A DNA stretch of 64,000 nucleotides from an uncultured candidate division Zixibacteria bacterium (GTDB lineage Bacteria; Zixibacteria; MSB-5A5; GN15; FEB-12). The stretch spans positions 1,280,001 to 1,344,000 of the forward strand of contig CAVTJJ010000004.1 in the NCBI GenBank assembly GCA_963735035.1, read 5' to 3'. Within the stretch, counting starts at the first letter, position 1. Each line of letters begins with the position of its first letter. The notes under the pieces were generated by a model. It did not search any database. It saw only the letters and a list, made by a program, of their open reading frames with translations, and was not told where the DNA came from. The position numbers and the translations under genes are program-made. Of this stretch, positions 48,314-58,107 are shown piece by piece.

Positions 48314-49348
48314 ATGATGTCCAGATCGAATTTGCTCGGCTATACCCTCCAACAAATGGAGGACCTGCTGGTTCAGTTGGGTGAACGACCCTTCCGGGGA
48401 AAACAACTGTTCAAATGGCTGTATAACAACAGGCAATACGATTTTCAGGCTATGACCGATTTCACGAAAGAGCTTCGGGCCAACATTGAGGCGAATTACG
48501 AGTTTCGCCCGCCCACTTTGCAGGTGAAGTCGGAATCACAGGACGGCACGATAAAATTCCTGTTTCAACTGGACGATGGATCTCCGGTGGAAACGGTTCT
48601 GATTCCGGACGACGAACGTCAGACCTTGTGCGTGTCTTCTCAGTCAGGTTGTGCTCTAAAATGTCGTTTTTGCGCCACCGGGACGATGGGGCTAAAGCGC
48701 AACCTGTCGGTGGGTGAGATGGTTGGGCAGTTGATCCACGTGCGAGACAATTACGGTAACGAGGCTTTCTCGAACGTCGTCTTTATGGGTATGGGTGAAC
48801 CGTTCAACAACTACGATAACTTGATCGCCGCCTTACGCATTATGAGCGACTCACTTGGTCTGGGTATCGCCGCCAAGAAAGTGACCGTATCTACTTCCGG
48901 CATCACACCGATCATTCGCAAATATGCCGATTCCGGATCGAAAGCCAATCTGGCGTTGTCGCTTCACGCCGCCACGCAGGAAAAACGCGTAGCAATTATG
49001 CCGGTTGCCCGGACTTACGATCTGGATAATTTGATGGCGGCCATCCGGTACTATACCGAGAAGACCGGACGACGCGTTACATTCGAGTACATTCTTTTCG
49101 ACGGGTTTAACGATACGATGGAAGACGTCCTGGCGCTGACCAGACTGGTGCAGGGGATCCCTTGCAAGATTAATGTACTGGCGTATAATCCGGTGCCGGG
49201 GCTCGATTTTGCCCGTCCGACCGACGAGAAAGTTGACTGGTTCGCAAAAATGCTCTATCCTCGGACGCCGGCTGTTACCGTCCGCAAGAGCCGGGGACAG
49301 GATATCGACGCCGCCTGCGGCCAGTTGGCTGCCCGGTATGACCAATAG
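48314..49348 (+). CDS. rlmN: 23S rRNA/tRNA m2A methyltransferase RlmN (radical SAM)
   Basis: CVSSQSGCALKCRFCATG, MGMGEP, SLHA, TFEY, DIDAACGQL; the start may be the second ATG (48317). Confidence 0.97.
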   Translation: MMSRSNLLGYTLQQMEDLLVQLGERPFRGKQLFKWLYNNRQYDFQAMTDFTKELRANIEANYEFRPPTLQVKSESQDGTIKFLFQLDDGSPVETVLIPDDERQTLCVSSQSGCALKCRFCATGTMGLKRNLSVGEMVGQLIHVRDNYGNEAFSNVVFMGMGEPFNNYDNLIAALRIMSDSLGLGIAAKKVTVSTSGITPIIRKYADSGSKANLALSLHAATQEKRVAIMPVARTYDLDNLMAAIRYYTEKTGRRVTFEYILFDGFNDTMEDVLALTRLVQGIPCKINVLAYNPVPGLDFARPTDEKVDWFAKMLYPRTPAVTVRKSRGQDIDAACGQLAARYDQ

Positions 49349-49357
49349 GAGGTTTGC

Positions 49358-50761
49358 ATGTTCGACCGAAGAATAAGACTGGCTCTCGCGCTTCTCTGTC
49401 TGGGGTTCGTTTCTGGAGCCCTGGCCGCCGAGCCGGAAGTGATCGTCGGAGACATCGGTTTTCCCAAGAATTCATGGGGGGAGCAGATTCTGCCTTTCGA
49501 CGTAACCAACAAGACCGAATGGTTGAAGTTTATAGTCGTAGAGACAGACGTCCGGTTCGAAGGTTCATACGTCAACCCGCACCGCGTAACACGCACCAAT
49601 TTCATTCTGGAACCAGGCGCCAGGACTAAGATAGAGCCTCGGCTGGACATACCGCCGAATTTTGGACAGATGATATTCGTGGTCAAACTCTACGATGTGG
49701 TCGACACCCTCGATGATCTCGCCATGGGCGTTCAGGTCTACGAGCAACCCTTCCGAATCAAGTTCCCAATGCCCTCGGCGGTAGTCCCTTATTTTCAGGA
49801 GCGGATAACCCTGCCACCCTTGGTCGGTCAACATGGCTTGTTCGACAACGAGTTGGTCCGTCTCATGATGGTAATGATCTCGGAAGGGAAGAAGATTTCC
49901 GAGATCGCGGCTATCTGTGACGCCGACTCGACCTTTGTGGATGGTGTCGCTATCGATCTTGATGCGGAGCGTTATATAAAGAAGTCCGGCGATACTTGTT
50001 GGACGCACGTGCCCGTAATTACTACGGCTGAAGCCAAGGTCGGTAAAGAACTTTCAGACAAGATATCAGCCCGATTGGTCGAAATCCTGACGAAGAATCT
50101 CAATCGTCGCCAGCCGGTTATTGACTCCATGAAAGCTACCGGGAAATTCAGCGGTGACCCGACCAACTTTGTCGAAGGAGGAACGGTTCTGTTCAATCCA
50201 TACCCGCTGATCGGCGGACTGTATCTCTGGCAAGTGTTGGGTCAGAAGTTTATCGTAGGCAGCAGAAACATGGAGATTTTCCCGTACGGCAACTATTGCG
50301 ACCCCAAGATAGGCGCCTACATGTATCTGGCTATTGGCGGCGACTATCTGAACGGGCACCATTTCTTTTCCAGCACGGCGATGAGCAGTGGCTATCATTC
50401 CCAATTCGGGGATACGATTCCTGTAATCAACTGCAAGACCGGTTTCGAGAGGAAATTCCAGTTGGCTGAGAATATTGACTGGAACTACCCGCCCGGTTTA
50501 ACTCCGGAGACATTTCCGTACGACAGCACTTTTGTCAATCCGGTCCTCCGTGCCCTTGATGAGGGAGTCCAGCCGATTCTGCTGGATGCTATCAGCGAGT
50601 TGAGGAACATCGACAAACAGTATCGTTCGAGCGATCTGCCCATGGGTGTTCTTTACTGGTTTTGGAACCTGACAGCGTCACGAACCCTGGATGATCTGGC
50701 CAGTTCCGGAACGATCAAGCGCTCGGGCAACGGTCAGTACAAATATACGGAGAACAAGTAG
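49358..50761 (+). CDS. Hypothetical secreted protein
   Basis: AGGAGG RBS, signal peptide ending ALA-A, 467-aa ORF. Confidence 0.8.
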   Translation: MFDRRIRLALALLCLGFVSGALAAEPEVIVGDIGFPKNSWGEQILPFDVTNKTEWLKFIVVETDVRFEGSYVNPHRVTRTNFILEPGARTKIEPRLDIPPNFGQMIFVVKLYDVVDTLDDLAMGVQVYEQPFRIKFPMPSAVVPYFQERITLPPLVGQHGLFDNELVRLMMVMISEGKKISEIAAICDADSTFVDGVAIDLDAERYIKKSGDTCWTHVPVITTAEAKVGKELSDKISARLVEILTKNLNRRQPVIDSMKATGKFSGDPTNFVEGGTVLFNPYPLIGGLYLWQVLGQKFIVGSRNMEIFPYGNYCDPKIGAYMYLAIGGDYLNGHHFFSSTAMSSGYHSQFGDTIPVINCKTGFERKFQLAENIDWNYPPGLTPETFPYDSTFVNPVLRALDEGVQPILLDAISELRNIDKQYRSSDLPMGVLYWFWNLTASRTLDDLASSGTIKRSGNGQYKYTENK

Positions 50762-51186
50762 TGCGAACAGGTTGGGCGTTACTATCTGTGGTTGCGCTGG
50801 TGACCTGGGGATGCAGCGGAGACGATCTGCCTTCGAGGAATCAAATCCCGGTCATCCGTCAGCGGGTCTTTGCTCTCGAAGAGGGGATACGCGCTCGCAA
50901 TCGGGCAGGGATCGATTCACTCCTCTCGGTGGACATACTCGACGCCAAAGAGAATACCGATTCGCTGCTTCGATTCGTGTACGGTAGTGACGACCGCTTT
51001 CCTTTCAAGAAGCTGGGCGATTACACGATTTTCTTCAGCAAGGAGATCGGGGTGGTGGATTGCTTTATAATGGACAGCACTCAAAACCACGATCGCCCAC
51101 TGCGCCTAAAATACAAACTCAGCCACAAGCTCTGGCTGCTTACCGAGTTCGCCGCCGGAAATCCTGACTCGACTCTGCTCAAGTGA
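50761..51186 (+). CDS. Hypothetical lipoprotein (possibly NTF2-like)
   Basis: Lipobox TWG-C; start overlaps the upstream stop codon. Confidence 0.7.
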   Translation: MRTGWALLSVVALVTWGCSGDDLPSRNQIPVIRQRVFALEEGIRARNRAGIDSLLSVDILDAKENTDSLLRFVYGSDDRFPFKKLGDYTIFFSKEIGVVDCFIMDSTQNHDRPLRLKYKLSHKLWLLTEFAAGNPDSTLLK

Positions 51187-51208
51187 GATAGCCCAACGGG
51201 ACACAAAC

Positions 51209-51242
51209 AAAAGAGCGCTCGCCTTGAAGGCGAGCGCTCTTC
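51209..51242. terminator. Bidirectional terminator
   Basis: AAGAGCGCTCGCC-TTGAA-GGCGAGCGCTCTT between convergent genes. Confidence 0.85.
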
Positions 51243-51273
51243 GTATATCCGGTATTAATCGCCAGACCGATCT

Positions 51274-53073
51274 CTACAGCTCGGCCTTCTTCTTGCCGTC
51301 GGTGATCAACTTCGAGTACTCGCCCGGCTGAGTCAGGATTTCTTTCGCCTTCAGCACGGTCTTGTCGGATTGGAAGAGGATGTCCTCATAGACACCACGC
51401 TCGCCAAAGACGGACGAGATAACTTCGCGCTTGATCGCGCGTCTGATGTAGTCCTGAGAGCGACCGAAATCGGCGTCCTTTTCGGACTGAACCAGGGCAT
51501 CCATATCCTTGAGCGACTTGTCGAACTCCGGTTCCTTGTCCTCTTCAGTGACCGTGGTTTTTAGGTCTTCTAGGGCTATCTGAAGGGCCGATTTATAGGT
51601 AAAGTCCTTGCTCTTGATATACTGGCGGAACTGCTCGACGATTTCGTCCGTAACCTGGAAATCCGGTCTTATATCAGGGTGGGCGGCCACGTATTCGACC
51701 GCGAAATTGAAGAACATGGAGCGGCGTTCCAGGTTAATTTCGATCGGTTTCCAGAGTTCGCGATCCACGTCAACATCCGGGGCGATACCGCCACCGCCGT
51801 ACACGACTCTCCCGCCGTTGGTGTAGAAGACTTCCTTATCTGAAACCACAAGGGAGTCAGTCTTGGCGCTGTCGACCTGCATGTCGTTCGGATGTTTCGA
51901 TTGGCGTTCCGGCTTTTGGATGCAGCGGCCCGATGGCACATAGTACTTGGCCGTGGTCAGCTTCAGAGATTCCTGACCGTCAGCCGAGATCGGGAAGATC
52001 TGCTGCACAAGGCCTTTTCCATAAGTGGTGCTGCCGATAAGCAATCCACGATCCCAGTCCTGGATGGCGCCGGCGACGATTTCGGAAGCCGAGGCGGTGC
52101 CTTCATCCACGAGCACGACCAGCGGCTTGTCTTCGGGATAAAGGGGCGGTCGTTCTGATTTATAATGGCGTTCGGAACTCTCATCCCGTCCCTTGGTGTA
52201 TACGATCTCACGACCCTGGGTGAGAAACAACTCGGCGGTTTCCTTGGCCTGGTCGAGCAGCCCGCCGCCGTTTGATCTCAAATCGAATATCAACGATTCG
52301 ACATTTTGATCGTTGAGCGCCGAGACGGCTTCACGGAGTTCTCGGCTGGTTTCCTCGGCAAAGCGCGATAGCCGCACGTAGCCGATCTTGGTGCCGGGCA
52401 GGACGCCGTAGTAATTGACCGACTTGAGTTCTATGACAGCCCGTTCGACTTCGAACTCGAGATTTTCGTTTATGCCCATGCGCTTAATGTCGAGCTTGAT
52501 CGAAGTCCCGGCGGTGCCGCGCATGAGACTTACCGCCTTGGTCGACGTCATCCCTTCCGTGTCCTGGCCGTCAATGGCCATAATCACGTCGCCCGCATGC
52601 AACCCTTTCTTGTAAGCCGGGGTGCCTTCAATCGGCGAGATGATCATGATGCGACTGTCACGCTCGTCGATCTGCATTCCCAGACCTTCGTACTTGCCGT
52701 GGGTGCTTTCCATCAGAGAACTGTAAGCATCCGGCTCCATCAGGACGGAGTAGCGGTCGAGGTCGGCCAGCATGCCGTCGATACCGGCCTGCACGATCTT
52801 GTCTATGTCAACATCTTCCATGTAGTGATTGCGAATGGAAAACGCGGTCTGCGTCAGCTTGCGGACACTCTTAAGAAACGTATCGGGGCTCTGCGGAGGC
52901 GCCACTTCGACTGTAGCATTCGGTTTCTCCAGGTTGATCTGCACAGTATCAGCCCATAGCACCGGCTCCGGTCTTTTGGCCGACATCTGGCTGGCGTCGC
53001 CGGGATCGGCGAACCAGATAAGGGCGAGAGCAAAGAGCGTAATTCCGAATAGTTGGACCGTGAAACGGTACAT
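51274..53073 (-). CDS. ctpA: C-terminal processing protease (S41A, CtpA/Prc) with PDZ domain
   Basis: YEGLG PDZ, DLRSNGGG, ASASE (catalytic Ser), YGKG (catalytic Lys), YYVPSGRCIQ, GGGIAPD. Confidence 0.93.
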   Translation of the reverse strand: MYRFTVQLFGITLFALALIWFADPGDASQMSAKRPEPVLWADTVQINLEKPNATVEVAPPQSPDTFLKSVRKLTQTAFSIRNHYMEDVDIDKIVQAGIDGMLADLDRYSVLMEPDAYSSLMESTHGKYEGLGMQIDERDSRIMIISPIEGTPAYKKGLHAGDVIMAIDGQDTEGMTSTKAVSLMRGTAGTSIKLDIKRMGINENLEFEVERAVIELKSVNYYGVLPGTKIGYVRLSRFAEETSRELREAVSALNDQNVESLIFDLRSNGGGLLDQAKETAELFLTQGREIVYTKGRDESSERHYKSERPPLYPEDKPLVVLVDEGTASASEIVAGAIQDWDRGLLIGSTTYGKGLVQQIFPISADGQESLKLTTAKYYVPSGRCIQKPERQSKHPNDMQVDSAKTDSLVVSDKEVFYTNGGRVVYGGGGIAPDVDVDRELWKPIEINLERRSMFFNFAVEYVAAHPDIRPDFQVTDEIVEQFRQYIKSKDFTYKSALQIALEDLKTTVTEEDKEPEFDKSLKDMDALVQSEKDADFGRSQDYIRRAIKREVISSVFGERGVYEDILFQSDKTVLKAKEILTQPGEYSKLITDGKKKAEL

Positions 53074-53343
53074 GGCAAACCTCTATGTTTATGAGCCTCA
53101 AGCCAATGTATGCGGTAAAGTCCCGATGTCAAGCAAGGATGGTACCGGGGCCGCGACGTATCTCATTGCTAATATATACACTTATGTTGATCCGAACGTT
53201 TCCGTTTACCTGTCTGCAGCCGATTGCAATTTCTATTGTACTGTCACACAACTGCTTAGCCATCGACTATGTCATGTGATCGCAACATTCCGGGCATCCG
53301 AATCGTCCAATGGAGCAAGGCATAGTCTCGAACCTGATAAGTA

Positions 53344-53370
53344 ATATCGGCTTACCATCTATATGCTGGA
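53344..53370 (-). promoter_or_regulatory. sigma28-like promoter pointing to ctpA
   Basis: Minus strand TCCAG-N14-GCCGATAT. Confidence 0.4.
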
Positions 53371-54199
53371 CGGAAGCCGAACCAAATTGTTTGTTTTTGG
53401 CACAGTGGGTACATCACTCTTGAAACGCATTATCAACCACCCCGGTTTCGCCGTTCTCCTAAGTCTTTTGATGCCCGGTCTGGGGCATCTGTTCTGGCGA
53501 GAATACCTCTTTGGAGTGTTCGTCTTTCTCGTAATGATCATTGCCTCGGTGCTCGTCTTCTTCTCGTATCTGGTCGAATTACCACTGTTCTTGAAATGGG
53601 TGCTTTTCGGTCTTCCCGTCTTGTTCTACCTGTTCACCTTCTTAGACCTCAAACGGTCAATAAGTCGAAAGACGGCGGCTTCTACGAGAAGCCCTGAAAT
53701 TGCGATAGTCTTCCTTCTCGCGGCAGTCGCGGTCAATCTTTGTCTGCCTCTGTCGCCGACAAACTTCATCCTCCGCAATCACCCGACTCTGAGCACGATT
53801 CGTGCCGAAACTTTCAAACCGCTTTTCAATAAAGGCGACTTTTGTTGGATTGGCAGCACGGCCTATCGGGTCAATCTGTTCTTCCTGGACAAACCGATAA
53901 TCTTTCGCCAGCCCGACCGCTGGGATCTGATTTCTTTCAGGGATGAGGGGGAAATCGACCAACTGGGGCTTGTGATCGGGTATGGGGGAGAAGAAATATC
54001 CTACACCGGGGGAGTTCTTGTTATTGACAGCCTGCCGAACAATGACCAATCCTGGATTCCGGCCCCGGAAGGGGAGATTCCGTTGACTCGGGTGGAGGCT
54101 GGAAGTATCTTGGTCGCCACCCTTGAGAAGGGCACACTGGCCGGAACCAGGCAGATTTCCGACCGCAATATTATTGGCAAGGTGCACCGACTCTTTTGA
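53363..54199 (+). CDS. Membrane protein with degenerate signal peptidase I (S26)-like domain; true start may be TTG 53420
   Basis: About 4 TM (LLSLLMPGLGHL); P...KGD, PDRWDLISF, VIGYGGEEI..GGVLVID and NIIGKV match the LepB boxes without the catalytic Ser/Lys. Confidence 0.7.
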   Translation: MLDGSRTKLFVFGTVGTSLLKRIINHPGFAVLLSLLMPGLGHLFWREYLFGVFVFLVMIIASVLVFFSYLVELPLFLKWVLFGLPVLFYLFTFLDLKRSISRKTAASTRSPEIAIVFLLAAVAVNLCLPLSPTNFILRNHPTLSTIRAETFKPLFNKGDFCWIGSTAYRVNLFFLDKPIIFRQPDRWDLISFRDEGEIDQLGLVIGYGGEEISYTGGVLVIDSLPNNDQSWIPAPEGEIPLTRVEAGSILVATLEKGTLAGTRQISDRNIIGKVHRLF

Positions 54200-54846
54200 A
54201 AGCTATTCACAACCTGGTCTTTGATCTCGACGGTACTCTGATTGATTCCTCGGAAGGAGTCGTGGACGCCGTCAATTATTCGCTACGCATGATGGACTGT
54301 CCGGAGCAGCGGCCGGAGCGGATCAAGCGTTATATCGGTTTTCCCCTTTCGCAGATGTATCCCGACTTTACCGATGCCCCGGTCGATCAGTTATATCATC
54401 ACTTTCAAAAGCGGGCGAGCGACACCGTGGTGTCATCGACCGTGCCGCTCGACGGTGTAGCCGAAGCCCTAAAGACTCTTCACGCCCAGGGCTTTCACAT
54501 GGCCATAGCCTCGACCAAGATTCGAAAACATGTTGAGGGAATTGTCGCCAAGCTGGGGTGGAGCCATTACTTTGAAGCGCTGGTGGGAGGCGACGACGTT
54601 GCCGAAGTCAAACCGGCGCCTGACGCTTTCCGGGTCGCTCTGGAAAGACTCGCCGCAGCATCCGACCAAACCCTGGTTGTCGGGGATACGATCAATGATA
54701 TTCAGGCGGCGAGGGCCGTGCCTATGCGGGTGATTGCGGTAGAATCCCCCTATCGCGAGCGAAGCGAGTTGGTGGGCGCTCGGCCCGATTATCTTATCGA
54801 GTCTTTGAGGAGACTGCCTTCGCTTTTGAAGCAGATCAATCGCTAA
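54196..54846 (+). CDS. HAD-superfamily phosphatase (Gph/PpaX-like)
   Basis: FDLDGTLIDS, ASTK, KPAPD, VGDTINDI. Confidence 0.92.
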   Translation: MKAIHNLVFDLDGTLIDSSEGVVDAVNYSLRMMDCPEQRPERIKRYIGFPLSQMYPDFTDAPVDQLYHHFQKRASDTVVSSTVPLDGVAEALKTLHAQGFHMAIASTKIRKHVEGIVAKLGWSHYFEALVGGDDVAEVKPAPDAFRVALERLAAASDQTLVVGDTINDIQAARAVPMRVIAVESPYRERSELVGARPDYLIESLRRLPSLLKQINR

Positions 54847-54888
54847 GTTGTCTGGTTATATCGCTACGCGCACATGAGGAGAAAGAAT

Positions 54889-55989
54889 ATGGATCCGCGG
54901 GTTCAAAAACTGGCTCGACTACTTATCAACTACTCGTTGGAATTGAAGAAGAAACAACTCGTCAAGATTCAGGGCGAAATAGTGACGATGCCTCTGCTTC
55001 AGGCCGCCTATGAGGAGGCCCTCGCCGTGGGAGCTTATCCGTACATCGAAGTGACCTGCCCCGATGCCAACGAAGCCATCCTGAAACATGGCAGCGCCGA
55101 TCAGCTCTCATTCATTTCGCCCATGAGAAAGCTGGAGGTCAATAGGATCGATGCCCTGCTCGTAGTCTGGGGTACCCACAACACCAACTATTTGTCCGGG
55201 GTCGATCCCAAGAAGCAGTCTTTGCAGCGTAAGGCTCGCACCGCGCTTCAGAAGACGCTCTTCAAGCGGATCGCCGATAAATCGATGACCTGGGTCGGGA
55301 CGGCGTTTCCAACTCAAGCCGACGCTCAAAAGGCTCAGATGTCGCTTTCAGATTACGAAGACTTTGTCTATAGCGCCGGCAATCTACAGCAGACCGATCC
55401 GGTCAAGCATTGGCGGAAAATAGCCGGCGAGCAAATGCGCCTGGTAAAGATTCTCAATCGTTTTAACCGTCTGCACGTGCGCGGCTCCAATGTCGATCTG
55501 AAGCTGCAGGTAAAGGGACGCAAGTGGATCAGTTGCCACGGGACCGAGAACTTCCCGGACGGCGAGATATTCACGAGTCCGATCGAGAATACCGTCGAGG
55601 GATTTATCAACTTCACCTATCCGGCTGAATACGACGGACGCTCGGTGAATGACGTCCGGCTTGAGTTCAAATCAGGGCGCGTGGTAGCTGAGAGTGCTTC
55701 GAGCAATCTCGACTTCTTGCAGGCGATGCTGAACACCGACAAGGGGGCGCGTTCGGTCGGTGAGTTCGCTATCGGCACCAATTACGAGATCCAGCAGGCA
55801 ACCGGCAACACCCTGTTCGATGAAAAGATCGGTGGCACTTGTCACATGGCCGTAGGGGCGTCGATTCTCGAATCGGGCGGCAAGAACCATAGCGCCATCC
55901 ATTGGGATATGGTCTGCAATCTCAAGAAGGACGGCGAAATCATAGCCGACGGTAAAGTGATTTACCGAAAGGGCAGATTCACCATCTAA
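54889..55989 (+). CDS. M29 (AmpS/AmpT thermophilic) aminopeptidase
   Basis: NFPDGEIFT, GEFAIG, LFDEKIGGTCHMAVG, NHSAIHWDM; GAGGAG RBS. Confidence 0.93.
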   Translation: MDPRVQKLARLLINYSLELKKKQLVKIQGEIVTMPLLQAAYEEALAVGAYPYIEVTCPDANEAILKHGSADQLSFISPMRKLEVNRIDALLVVWGTHNTNYLSGVDPKKQSLQRKARTALQKTLFKRIADKSMTWVGTAFPTQADAQKAQMSLSDYEDFVYSAGNLQQTDPVKHWRKIAGEQMRLVKILNRFNRLHVRGSNVDLKLQVKGRKWISCHGTENFPDGEIFTSPIENTVEGFINFTYPAEYDGRSVNDVRLEFKSGRVVAESASSNLDFLQAMLNTDKGARSVGEFAIGTNYEIQQATGNTLFDEKIGGTCHMAVGASILESGGKNHSAIHWDMVCNLKKDGEIIADGKVIYRKGRFTI

Positions 55990-56014
55990 TCGATCCCAGA
56001 CTCCCTACAATAAT

Positions 56015-56047
56015 AAAGCCGGCGCTGCGCGATGCAGGCCGGCTTTT
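56015..56047. terminator. Bidirectional terminator
   Basis: AAAGCCGGC...GCCGGCTTTT between convergent genes. Confidence 0.7.
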
Positions 56048-56065
56048 CAGTTTTCGGAGAATAAC

Positions 56066-57841
56066 CTATGGGCAGTCGTTCAAGGGAACTCCGCTTATGA
56101 AAATGTGATCGATCAACATCGAGATATCACCAATAGTAATGTCGTTCTTCAGCGGAGCCGCTCCGCCAGAAAGATTAACATCGGCCTCACCCATACACGC
56201 CGGAGGAGTGCCGGACACGAACAGAAAGTCTATCAGTAGCATGACATCGCCTATGGTTGGTTCCTCGCCGCCAAGCCCGTTGACATTGCCGACCTTGCCG
56301 GTGCAACAGCCGGTGTTGATCCGAAGCGCTGAATCGACTCGGATGACTCCCCAGCCATAATTGTTGTCCGGACTGACGGCGTGATTACCTGACGCCTTTA
56401 GAGCCTCACGCACCTCGCGTGGGGTCCAGTCAGGACGGGCCTCAATCACCAGGCAGGCGGCTCCGGCCACCAGGGGGGTGGCAAAGGAAGTACCGCTGCC
56501 GGTCGTGTACATGTTAGTGACGGTTGGGCTTGGAAACGCCGTAGTGACGGACGTTCCGCGAGCACAGACTTCCGGTTTGATCCGGCCGTCAAAAGTCGGC
56601 CCTCGGCTTGAAGACGCCGCGATAGTCCCGTTGCCATCCACGTTTCCGACGGCGAGAATATCGAAGGCGTCGCCCGGAGCAGACATCGAACCGGCCGAAG
56701 GACCTTCGTTTCCGACCGACTTGCAAAGGACTATGCCGAGACCATCTGCCATACTTGCCGCAATCGAAGTGGTAGCGGTCGCGCCATTCATGTCGGCATA
56801 GGTGTAATTGCAGCCGCAACTGGCGTCGAAGATTCTGTAACCCAACGAAGTGGTCAAGACATCGGTACCGATTGAGTCGGCGAATTCCATCCCGGCGACC
56901 CAGTTGTCCTCTTCGATGGGCAGTTCGTAGCGGAGGCTCTCGGTCTTGCAGAGGATGAAATTGGCGCCATAGGCCGGACCATAAAGCTGCCCGGGAGCGT
57001 TTCCACCGGCTATCGACCAGACCTGTGTGCCGTGATTAGGTTGGCTCGCCATGGAATCGGTAGCTTCCGCATCGGTATTCCCATCATTGTGTACGAAATC
57101 CCACTCAGCCAGGAGGCGTCCCTCAGCTATGGCAGCGGCGAGGGCCTCGTGGTTCTTCCGAAATCCTGAATCGAGAATGGCCAGAGTCACGCCGGCGCCG
57201 GAGTAGCCCAGCGCATGCACGGCCGGTACACCGATCTGATTCAATTGGGCGTATGAAGCACCGTAATCCAGAACTTCTACCGATTGTGCCCCGCCGGGTG
57301 CAGGCTCTCGCGACTCCACGCCAATCGGTTCCTCCGGAGGTGTTCGGAATTGGGCCATCGGTTTGATCTCGGCCACAAAGGGCAGTTGGGCGATTTGGTC
57401 CACCCTGCTCGCTGCAACCTCGAACGTGGCTGCGTTCAGCCAGCGCGAGGACCGTCGATGGCGGGCGCCGATTTGCTCTATCGCATTGACGTAGCCCTGA
57501 GCCACCGGAAGATCGGCGAATACCACATGATTCAGGTCCACTTTGGCTCGACGATGAGCGGCGCGCTCGGTTAGAGTCACCGAAGTTGCTGCACTCTCGA
57601 AAGCGGCCTTGCTATTCACGCCTTTGTTGGTGAAGAACACCCATATTTTGACCGTATCTGTGCCATGAGATTGGAGACAGTCGGCAAAATCAGGAGTGAC
57701 TACTGAACTGAGGCGAGGCCGTTCGATGGCATCGCTCACAAGCGATGCTCTGAACTCAACCGGAGCGGCGGCCGTTCTTCCGGCGCCTCCGATCAGAACC
57801 GAACCAAGTATTAGAATCGACTTGAGTAAGTAATTAGTCAT
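56066..57841 (-). CDS. Secreted S8 subtilisin-like serine peptidase with C-terminal Cys-flanked dockerin-like domain
   Basis: Signal peptide, propeptide, triad ILDSG / HGT / GTSFA, oxyanion GN; CCTGKVGNVN...TIGDVMLLIDFLF...ADVN...TIGDISMLIDHIF...CP. Confidence 0.9.
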   Translation of the reverse strand: MTNYLLKSILILGSVLIGGAGRTAAAPVEFRASLVSDAIERPRLSSVVTPDFADCLQSHGTDTVKIWVFFTNKGVNSKAAFESAATSVTLTERAAHRRAKVDLNHVVFADLPVAQGYVNAIEQIGARHRRSSRWLNAATFEVAASRVDQIAQLPFVAEIKPMAQFRTPPEEPIGVESREPAPGGAQSVEVLDYGASYAQLNQIGVPAVHALGYSGAGVTLAILDSGFRKNHEALAAAIAEGRLLAEWDFVHNDGNTDAEATDSMASQPNHGTQVWSIAGGNAPGQLYGPAYGANFILCKTESLRYELPIEEDNWVAGMEFADSIGTDVLTTSLGYRIFDASCGCNYTYADMNGATATTSIAASMADGLGIVLCKSVGNEGPSAGSMSAPGDAFDILAVGNVDGNGTIAASSSRGPTFDGRIKPEVCARGTSVTTAFPSPTVTNMYTTGSGTSFATPLVAGAACLVIEARPDWTPREVREALKASGNHAVSPDNNYGWGVIRVDSALRINTGCCTGKVGNVNGLGGEEPTIGDVMLLIDFLFVSGTPPACMGEADVNLSGGAAPLKNDITIGDISMLIDHIFISGVPLNDCP

Positions 57842-58092
57842 TTCGCCTCGTTTGGTCAGAACAATCCGGGCAGGCACAACAGATCGCTTTATCATAATCT
57901 AAGCCTGTTTTCCTGACCGTCAATCCGAATCTACCCAGAACCAATACCTGTGGGCGCGTTCCCACACTTTGTATAACGAACCGCGTATACCTTCTGTTCG
58001 GCGGTCAGTCGAGCGGTTGATCCTGCCGTTGTAACATGTTATCGGACATCGGGAACTAAAGTACACTCAGTTTCTCTTGCGTGGGGCAAGGG

Positions 58093-58107
58093 TGGCAAGC
58101 CTTATGC
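58093..58107 (+). promoter_or_regulatory. sigma54-type promoter upstream of the minor pilin gene
   Basis: TGGCAAGCCTTATGC (GG-N10-GC). Confidence 0.5.

Noticed and set aside
53165..53192. dif-like site ATTGCTAATAT-ATACAC-TTATGTTGATC
   Set aside because: The right arm partly resembles the XerD box, but the left arm lacks the inner ATAA symmetry; chance is likely in an AT-rich promoter region and GC-skew data would be needed
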